A stretch of 41,803 bases of DNA from Thermoplasmata archaeon. GTDB lineage: Archaea > Thermoplasmatota > Thermoplasmata > Lutacidiplasmatales > UBA184. The notes below the pieces were generated by a model that worked only from the letters and a program-made list of their open reading frames with translations, was not told the DNA's origin and made no database searches. The stretch covers positions 1 through 41,803 of the forward strand of contig JASHWW010000006.1 of the NCBI GenBank assembly GCA_030043855.1, written 5' to 3'. The translations under genes were made by a program, and so were the position numbers. Positions 35,407 to 41,803 of the stretch are shown piece by piece (within the stretch, counting starts at the first letter, position 1; each line of letters opens with the position of its first letter).

Positions 35407-36483
35407 GTGCGCCTCCTCGTGGTCGACGACGACGCCGTGTTTCGCGAGGAGCTGGCGGAGCTGCTGCGGGACGACGGTCACGAGGTCACGACCGCCCCGT
35501 CCGTCGCGAAGGCGGTGGAGCTCCTCGAACACCAGGAAATGGACACGGTCCTGACGGACCTGAAGATGCCCCGCCACGGAGGGCTCGAACTCCTGCGCGA
35601 CGTGCGCCAACGGTGGCCCCGAACACCCGTGGTGATGGTCACCGGGTTCGCGACCGTGGAGAGCGCGCTCGAGGCGATGAAGCTGGGCGCGTTCGATTAC
35701 ATCCGCAAACCGTTCCGCATCGAACAGGTCCGCGAGACCCTCGCCCTGGTCGCCCAGGAACGGGAGTTCTCGGCGCCCGGCGAGTCGGCGCGAGACCCCG
35801 TCCGCGAGGCGCGGAACCTGGCCGCTTCGGGCAAGTACGAGGTCCTCCTGTTCGACGCGCCCGCCCCCGCGTCCGGGGCCCACCTCACCGGCGCGCTCCT
35901 CGACCCGACGCGGCCGAGCGAGCTCGTCGACCGGACCGGGGAGTTCCTGGCCGCGCATCCGACCGGCGCGGTCGTGATCGCCCACGCGGAACAACTCCTC
36001 GCGGACCACCGGCTCGAGGAGGTGGTCGGGATTCTCGACCGGCTCCGGACCCTCCTCGTGGGCCACGGCCCGCTGCGCGTCGCCTTCGATCCGCACCGCG
36101 TCGGCCCGGCGGCCGCGCTCGCGATGGGGGGCGCCGTGGCCGCCGAGGAGACGCATGCGGCGCTGGAGGCGCTCTCCAACCCGATCCGCCGGCGTGCGCT
36201 GTTGCGTCTCGCCGAGGCTCCCGCCTCGTTCACCGAGATCCTGACGGCGACCGAGCTGTCGGACTCCCCGAAGCTGTCGTTCCATCTCCGCAAGCTGGTC
36301 GACGCGGCGCTCCTCCGCCACGACGGCGACCGGTACCGGTTGACGTCGCGCGGAGAGGCCGTCGTGCGGCTGCTGCGGGACGCCACCTTCCTGCCGCCCG
36401 CCAGCACCGCCGGGAACCTGGCGTTCCCCCGCGCGGACGGGGAGCCGGGCCCCTCCGCGAGACCGGGGGGGAAGACGCGGTGA
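35407..36483 (+). CDS. Response regulator: REC + DUF835-like domain + ArsR-like wHTH
   Basis: REC motifs VVDDD, TDLKMP, VTG, KPF. Middle domain DPT.......EFL....GAVVI...EQL. C-terminal LSNPIRRRAL...LSFHLRKL......Y.LT.RG. Confidence 0.88.
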   Translation: MRLLVVDDDAVFREELAELLRDDGHEVTTAPSVAKAVELLEHQEMDTVLTDLKMPRHGGLELLRDVRQRWPRTPVVMVTGFATVESALEAMKLGAFDYIRKPFRIEQVRETLALVAQEREFSAPGESARDPVREARNLAASGKYEVLLFDAPAPASGAHLTGALLDPTRPSELVDRTGEFLAAHPTGAVVIAHAEQLLADHRLEEVVGILDRLRTLLVGHGPLRVAFDPHRVGPAAALAMGGAVAAEETHAALEALSNPIRRRALLRLAEAPASFTEILTATELSDSPKLSFHLRKLVDAALLRHDGDRYRLTSRGEAVVRLLRDATFLPPASTAGNLAFPRADGEPGPSARPGGKTR

Positions 36484-36511
36484 GCCGCGCGCGCGGCCCC
36501 GGTTCGGTCGT

Positions 36512-37705
36512 TCAGACCCGCAGCCAGGCGCCGCTCGAGAACGCCCACGCGCCGTCGTAGACGGTCGGGACGAACGGTTGGACTCCGCCGAACAGGACGA
36601 CCTCGCCGTTCCCGGACCGACCCGCATGGGGATCGAACGCGACCCCCTCGCCCGCCATCCGGGGCGGCGAGGGGCTGCCGCTCCACGCGGTCCAGCCGGT
36701 CGCCGAGTACGTCCACGTGGTACCGAGGACGGTCGAATTGTCGGCGCCGCCGTACAGGAGGAGCGTCCCGTTCGGAGGGTTCTCCACCAGGGCGACGAAC
36801 CCGAACGTGTGCGTCGGCGCCGTCACGCGCAGTCGAGTCCATCCACCGGAATGGAATTCCCACGTGTCGTGCAGGGGATCCCCGCAGAATCCGGCCGCGT
36901 AGCCGCACCCGCCGAAGAGGACGACGTCCCCGGTCGTGGGGTCGTACGCGAGCCCGTCCGCGCCTCGCGGGCTCGGGTGGACGGAGGGGCTCAGCCGCGT
37001 CCAGGTCCCGCCCACGAACGTCCACGTGTCCCCGTAGAGCGTGGAGCTCCCCGTCACGAAGTTGACGGAGAGCCCGCCGAACAGCACGACCTTCTTGTTC
37101 GCCGTGTCGTAGGTCGCGACCGCGGCATAGCGCCCGACCGGATGGGTCGCCGGGCTGAGTTTCGTCCACTGTCCCCCGACGAAGGTCCAGGTGTCGGAGA
37201 GCATCGTCAGGCCCCCGGAGGCGTTCTCGCCGACCCCGCCGAAGAGCACGACGTACCCATCCTTCGCGTCGTAGGCGATCGAGGCGAACGCGCGCGCCGA
37301 CGGATGATGCGGGGGCGACAGCTCGGTCCACTTCCCCGCGGCGTACTCCCACGTGTCGGAGAGGGGGACGCTCGTGGCGTTCAGCCCCCCGAAGAGGAGC
37401 AGGTAGCCGTCCTTCGCGTCGTAGACCATCGCGGGATCGTATCGCGCCGGCGGCGCGGAGGCCGCTCCGGCGACCGCTGCGGTCGGGCGTTCCGGCAGTG
37501 CGGCGACCGCACCGCACGCCGCTGGCACGCGTCCGATCCCACCGAGAAAGCACGGTGCGGCCGGTACCCGGGCCGCTCCCGCGGGGACGTCCGGGTGGCC
37601 CATGGCGGGGATCTCCGCCCGCGCGGACGGGACGCTGGCCAGGGCGCCCACGGCGACCAGTCCGAACGTGACGAGCAGTGCCCAACCGCGGACCGACGCG
37701 ACCAC
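36512..37705 (-). CDS. Secreted kelch-repeat beta-propeller protein
   Basis: Signal-peptide-like N-terminus and six ~50-aa repeats (YD....VVLFGG......DTW.F..G.W). Start moved to GTG 37705 (GGAGGAG upstream) because 37777 lies inside the tRNA. Confidence 0.85.
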   Translation of the reverse strand: MVASVRGWALLVTFGLVAVGALASVPSARAEIPAMGHPDVPAGAARVPAAPCFLGGIGRVPAACGAVAALPERPTAAVAGAASAPPARYDPAMVYDAKDGYLLLFGGLNATSVPLSDTWEYAAGKWTELSPPHHPSARAFASIAYDAKDGYVVLFGGVGENASGGLTMLSDTWTFVGGQWTKLSPATHPVGRYAAVATYDTANKKVVLFGGLSVNFVTGSSTLYGDTWTFVGGTWTRLSPSVHPSPRGADGLAYDPTTGDVVLFGGCGYAAGFCGDPLHDTWEFHSGGWTRLRVTAPTHTFGFVALVENPPNGTLLLYGGADNSTVLGTTWTYSATGWTAWSGSPSPPRMAGEGVAFDPHAGRSGNGEVVLFGGVQPFVPTVYDGAWAFSSGAWLRV

Positions 37706-37770
37706 CCTCGGCTCCTCCCCGTCCCGAGGCGGCCGCGGGCTAAGAAGGCTCTCGGCTCCGAGGACGCGAG

Positions 37771-37842
37771 TGGACACGGGGGGATTTGAACCCCCGACCT
37801 CTGCTTTGCGAAAGCAGCGATCTTCCGCTGATCTACGTGCCC
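37771..37842 (-). tRNA. tRNA-Ala (anticodon CGC), intronless, CCA not encoded
   Basis: Reverse complement folds into a cloverleaf. Acceptor stem GGGCACG/CGTGTCC with G3:U70, anticodon arm CTGCT-TTCGCAA-AGCAG, T-loop GTTCAAATC. CTTAAG box at 37869-37874. Confidence 0.96.
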
Positions 37843-37895
37843 AACGCGGCGGGGGAACGGCTCTGCCGCTTAAGGACTTTGGAAATCGCGGTCGA

Positions 37896-38456
37896 TCAGA
37901 CGGGCCGGTTCAGCACCCGGGTGTACCGGACGAGCTCGGCGAGGTGGTTGGCGACGAACGTCCGGACCTTCGGGTCCGTGAGACGTCCCTCCGCGTCGAA
38001 CTTGTCGGCGGCGAACGACACGATCACCTCGGGGCGGTTGATCGGGAAGAGGTTCAGGAAGACCATCGTCTGCCGCAGCTCGTACTGCGCCCGGGCCCCT
38101 CCTACCTGACCGACCGACGCGCTCAGGATCCCGGCGGGCTTGCCGTTCCACGAGTTGTCGGGGTACGGCCGGGAGATCCAGTCGATCGCGTTCTTCTCCG
38201 CCGCCGACAGCCCGTAGTTGTGCTCGTTGACCGCGAACAGGACCGCGTCGGCTCGCTTCACCTGGTCCTTCGCCCGACGGACCGGCTCGGGAAGAGTCCC
38301 CTCGTCGTCCTGGTTGAAGACGGGGAATCCCCGAATGTCGACCAGCTCGACCCGGCTGCCCGGCGGCGCCAGTTCCTGGGCGGCGAGCAACAGCCCGCGG
38401 CTGTAGGCGTTCTTCCGCAGGCTCCCCGGGATCCCCGCGATCGTCAGGTCGGTCAT
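37896..38456 (-). CDS. NADPH-dependent FMN reductase (ChrR/YieF-like flavoprotein)
   Basis: GSLRKNAYS, EHNYG...KNAIDW.SR, GKP..I.SAS....GGARAQ..LRQ. Confidence 0.9.
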   Translation of the reverse strand: MTDLTIAGIPGSLRKNAYSRGLLLAAQELAPPGSRVELVDIRGFPVFNQDDEGTLPEPVRRAKDQVKRADAVLFAVNEHNYGLSAAEKNAIDWISRPYPDNSWNGKPAGILSASVGQVGGARAQYELRQTMVFLNLFPINRPEVIVSFAADKFDAEGRLTDPKVRTFVANHLAELVRYTRVLNRPV

Positions 38457-38532
38457 GGTCGTCGCCGCACGACCGGCGGACGGTCACTTAGTCTAGCGGC
38501 TACCCGAGGGTGACCAAGGGAAGGTCGCGGGG

Positions 38533-39141
38533 TCAGGCGAACGCCGGCACGACGCCCGTGCCCCGGTACTCGGACGGGGGCGAGCTCGCCTTGCGGGATC
38601 CCCCCGAGGGACCCGGGGGAGTCGCGCCGGAACTCGGCGGCGACCGTCCGCTGCCCGAGCGGGTCGTCGCGGCGGGTTTGGACAGGATCAACCGGTGGGC
38701 CTCCGCATCGTAGCGGAACAGCTCGGCATACCGGCCCCAGTTGACGATGTTCTGCACCGCCTCGTCCGCGGCGGCCGTCGTCAACGACACGATCTGCGCG
38801 AGGTCGTCGTCCGATAGCTCGTGGTTGGGGGCGTTCTCGAGGGCACGGAGGATCGTCTTGAACAGGGTCGTCCGCTTGATCTGGTCCCGCAGGATCGCCT
38901 TGCGCTCGCGGATCGACCCGGCGACCAGCTTCTGCCCGAGCTCGGTGAACGACGCCCGGCCGTCGACGACCTTCACGAACTGGAGGAGCTCGGCGTACTC
39001 GAGCGACGGGAAGATCTCGTCGATCTCCAGGTCCAGGTCGTCGGCCAGGCGAGCGACGTCCTCGGAGCCCTTGTGGCCGTTCAGCAGCACGAGGAGCCCC
39101 AGCAGCTCCGTGGGGCTCGATTTCGGGAAGATCGTCGGCAC
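38533..39141 (-). CDS. Stand-alone AAA-associated C-terminal domain of NitT/TauT ABC ATPases
   Basis: GLL..L....G..D...LA..L.LEIDE.FP....AELL.F and I.NWGRYAELF.YD. Confidence 0.8.
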   Translation of the reverse strand: MPTIFPKSSPTELLGLLVLLNGHKGSEDVARLADDLDLEIDEIFPSLEYAELLQFVKVVDGRASFTELGQKLVAGSIRERKAILRDQIKRTTLFKTILRALENAPNHELSDDDLAQIVSLTTAAADEAVQNIVNWGRYAELFRYDAEAHRLILSKPAATTRSGSGRSPPSSGATPPGPSGGSRKASSPPSEYRGTGVVPAFA

Positions 39142-39174
39142 GGGTGGTTCCGGTGGCCAACCAGATGCGGGCGG

Positions 39175-39182
39175 GTATATAC
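39175..39182 (-). promoter_or_regulatory. TATA-box-like GTATATAC for the AAA-associated gene
   Basis: About 34 nt upstream of GTG 39141, in the 49-nt gap after the ATPase stop. Confidence 0.5.
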
Positions 39183-39190
39183 GTTCGCAA

Positions 39191-39991
39191 TTACGGCGAT
39201 TTCGTCTCGGCCGCCGGAACCGGCGGGCCGGCCATGCCGCCCTGCGTGATCAGGGAGTAGATCCGGTCCGTCAGGTCGTAGAACGGGGTCGATTTCCGGT
39301 CGCGCGGGCGGGGCAGGTCGACGTCGATCGCCTCGAGCACGTGCCCGGGCCGGCGCGACAGCACGATCACCCGGTCCGCGAGCTGGATCGCCTCCTCGAT
39401 GTTGTGGGTCACGAGGATGACCGCCTCCGGCGGCAGCGCCGGGTCCCGCCACAGCTGCAAGATCTCCTCCCGGAGGCTCTCCGCGGTGAGGGCGTCGAGG
39501 GCGCTGAACGGCTCGTCCATCAGCAGGACCGCGGGCTCGACGGCGAGCGCCCGGGCGAGCCCCACCCGCTGTCGCATGCCGCCCGACAGCTCCCGGGGGT
39601 ACGCCTCCTGGAAGCCATCGAGCCCCGTGACCGAGACGTACCGCTCCACCTGGCTGCCGATCTTCTCCTTCGGCCAGTCGAGCGCCTCGAGCCCGAAGGC
39701 GACGTTCTGGGAGACCGTCAGCCACGGGTAGAGCGCGAAGCTCTGGAAGACCATCGCCATCTGCGTGCAGACGCCGGCGACGGGCTGGCCCCGGAACGAG
39801 ATCGACCCCGCCGTCGGCCGGTCGAGTCCCTGGATGAGGCGGAGGAGGGTCGACTTTCCGCACCCGGAGGGACCGACGATCGCCACGAAGTCGGCGTCCT
39901 TGACGTCGAACGTGATGTCCTGCATGATGGCGATCGTCCCGTGGCGGGACGCGAAGCTCTTGTCGACGTGCTCGATCCGGATCAGGGCCAT
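39191..39991 (-). CDS. NitT/TauT-family ABC ATP-binding protein
   Basis: GPSGCGKS, MVFQSFALYPW, LSGGMRQR, LLMDEPFSALD, VTH. Confidence 0.93.
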   Translation of the reverse strand: MALIRIEHVDKSFASRHGTIAIMQDITFDVKDADFVAIVGPSGCGKSTLLRLIQGLDRPTAGSISFRGQPVAGVCTQMAMVFQSFALYPWLTVSQNVAFGLEALDWPKEKIGSQVERYVSVTGLDGFQEAYPRELSGGMRQRVGLARALAVEPAVLLMDEPFSALDALTAESLREEILQLWRDPALPPEAVILVTHNIEEAIQLADRVIVLSRRPGHVLEAIDVDLPRPRDRKSTPFYDLTDRIYSLITQGGMAGPPVPAAETKSP

Positions 39992-40030
39992 CGTCCGTCC
40001 CTTCCGTCCGCGCGCGTCCCGGGACCGGGC

Positions 40031-41737
40031 TCAGTCGTACCGGTACTGCTCGGCCGCCCGGCGGTAGAGCGGCTTCCACAAAAGCTCGTTGATGGCGATC
40101 ACCGTCGCGACCAGTGCGAACAGCGCCGCGACCATCAAGGGATAGCCGGCGGGCGCCCGCGCGTAGCCGATGTCGATCATCTGCCCGACGCCGAGCACGC
40201 TGAGGGAGTTGTGGGTCCCGACCTGAAGGTACTCCGCCACGATCAGCGTGTTCCATCCGCCGCCGAACGCGGTGATCGACCCCGTCACGAGGGCGGGGAA
40301 GATCCCCGGGAACAGGACCCGCCGGAAGAACTGCCGGCCCTTGAGCCCGTACGACCGGGCCGCCTCCTCGAGGTCCGGCGCGAGGCTGCGGACGCCGGAG
40401 AGGAGGTTGAAGAACAGGTACCAGAGCATCCCGGTCATCAGCATCAGGATGGCCGCCCCGTTCGGCGTCAGGTACGGGACCAGGACGAAGATGATGACCG
40501 GGAACAGCGCGGTCGCGGGGAACGACGCGATCACCTCGATCACGGGGAGGCCGACGCGCGAGGCGTGGGGCCGACGGGCAATCAGGACCGCGAGCGGGAG
40601 CGCGATCGCGAAGCAGATCGCGTAGGCGGCCGCGACCCGTCCGGTCGAGGCGGCGACCGCGAACGGCACCTGCAGGAGGTCGGTCCGGACCCACGGCGCG
40701 ATCGGGCCCGTGAAGATGTGGAAGACGGCGACCGTGATCGCGATGATGATGAGCCAGACGCTGACGAGGATCGCGCCGAGGGCGACGTAGTAGAAGGCGG
40801 AGCGCTGGAAGGGGGTCGGCTTGCGGACGGGGCGGACGGTGATCGCGGCGAGCTGGACGAGGGGCGTCGTCACGCGGACCACGCCGGAGCGGACCCCCCG
40901 CGTCACGTAGGCGGCGGCCCGTCGGAACCGGCTGCTCGGGTCGCGGTTCGGCCCGGCGATCTCGCCCTCCCCGCTCGGGGAGGTGTCGTAGCGGAACCGC
41001 TCGGCCCAGCGACCGAGGGGGCGCCAGACGGCGAAGTCGAGCAGGGCGATGACGAGGATCAGCATCAGGAGCCCTGCGACGAACTTCTCGGTGTTCCCCG
41101 AGCTGGCGGCGAACGAGAGGTAGCTCCCGATGCCGGGGAGCGCCCGCGAGTTCGTCGTGAAGATCTCCGCCTCGACGAGGAAGAACCAACCGCCCGTCCA
41201 CGACAGGACCGAGTTGTAGACCAGCCGATTGACCGTCGCGGGGAACAGCACCCGACGGAACCGCTGCCATCCCCGGACGCCGAACGTGTCGGCCGCCTCC
41301 CGCAGTTCGGCCGGCAGCGTCTTCAGCGACTCGTAGACGCCGAAGACCATGTTCCAGGCCATCGAGGTGAAGATGAGGAAGACCGACGCGATGTTCGGAC
41401 CGAGCCACGAGCCCGGCCCGGTCAGGTTGACGAAGAAGACGATCGCGACCGGGAAGAACCCGAGGATCGGGACCGACTGGAGGATGTCGAGGACCGGGAT
41501 CATCACCCGTTCGCCGGTCGTGTGCGACGCGGCGTAGTACCCGTACGCGAGCGAGAAGCCGAGCGACGCCGCGTACGCGGCGAGCATCCGCAGGAACGAG
41601 TACGAGACGTCGACCGCGGCGGTCGGAAGGTACGGCAGCAATCCGGTGAAGCTCAGACCGAACGTCGCCGCGCCGGCGAGGCCGACGAACAGCGGGATGC
41701 CGAGGTAGATCGCTACCGAGCGGGTGGCCGACGGCAT
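40031..41737 (-). CDS. NitT/TauT-family ABC permease with two fused membrane domains
   Basis: Two EAA loops (ELREAADTFG, DLEEAARSYG), LDILQSVPILGF, GGGWNTLIVAE. Confidence 0.9.
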   Translation of the reverse strand: MPSATRSVAIYLGIPLFVGLAGAATFGLSFTGLLPYLPTAAVDVSYSFLRMLAAYAASLGFSLAYGYYAASHTTGERVMIPVLDILQSVPILGFFPVAIVFFVNLTGPGSWLGPNIASVFLIFTSMAWNMVFGVYESLKTLPAELREAADTFGVRGWQRFRRVLFPATVNRLVYNSVLSWTGGWFFLVEAEIFTTNSRALPGIGSYLSFAASSGNTEKFVAGLLMLILVIALLDFAVWRPLGRWAERFRYDTSPSGEGEIAGPNRDPSSRFRRAAAYVTRGVRSGVVRVTTPLVQLAAITVRPVRKPTPFQRSAFYYVALGAILVSVWLIIIAITVAVFHIFTGPIAPWVRTDLLQVPFAVAASTGRVAAAYAICFAIALPLAVLIARRPHASRVGLPVIEVIASFPATALFPVIIFVLVPYLTPNGAAILMLMTGMLWYLFFNLLSGVRSLAPDLEEAARSYGLKGRQFFRRVLFPGIFPALVTGSITAFGGGWNTLIVAEYLQVGTHNSLSVLGVGQMIDIGYARAPAGYPLMVAALFALVATVIAINELLWKPLYRRAAEQYRYD

Positions 41738-41803
41738 CGTCCCCGTCGGCGGCCCGTCGGTGGTCGCTCGGGCCGTGGGGTTACCGCCGGAGGGCGACGG
41801 ACC

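Noticed and set aside
36512..37450. Periodic repeats as a CRISPR array
   Set aside because: They are degenerate in-frame kelch protein repeats of about 150 bp. No cas genes are present.
37706..37777. ORF-track start of the kelch gene at 37777
   Set aside because: It falls inside the tRNA acceptor stem. GTG 37705 with GGAGGAG upstream gives a proper signal peptide.
37771..37842. tRNA-Ala as an integration site for a mobile element
   Set aside because: No integrase or transposase and no duplicated tRNA 3' end seen in the window.

Overview
A very GC-rich, gene-dense housekeeping/accessory region with about 50 CDS and one tRNA-Ala(CGC). It is most likely archaeal, probably Thermoplasmata-like (inference). 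Support for this: short AT-rich TATA-like boxes about 25-35 nt upstream of most start codons, a tRNA without encoded CCA, TrmB and Bat/HTH_10 regulators, and a DUF835-like domain. Recognisable genes include tryptophanase, cyclophilin, RNase HI, an ACE-like M2 peptidase, an ABC exporter, HtrA, MoaA, MsrA, LysE, OsmC, dodecin, a DEAD-box helicase, RibA, a quinone oxidoreductase, a GST-like protein, a CDGSH Fe-S protein, methyltransferases, a PAS kinase/response-regulator module, a secreted kelch propeller, an FMN reductase and a NitT/TauT-type ABC transporter. I saw no CRISPR array, integrase or transposase. The best leads are: (i) a three-part signalling module (pseudo-receiver, NifL-like PAS kinase, REC-DUF835-like-wHTH regulator); (ii) an HtrA operon with an unannotated 30-aa Pro-rich peptide and a hairpin-sequestered ribosome-binding site; (iii) a palindrome-rich promoter driving two tiny coupled ORFs; (iv) tandem operator-like palindromes beside a Bat-type regulator; (v) a signal-less ACE homologue. 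All family calls come from motif recognition by eye; no database search was run.
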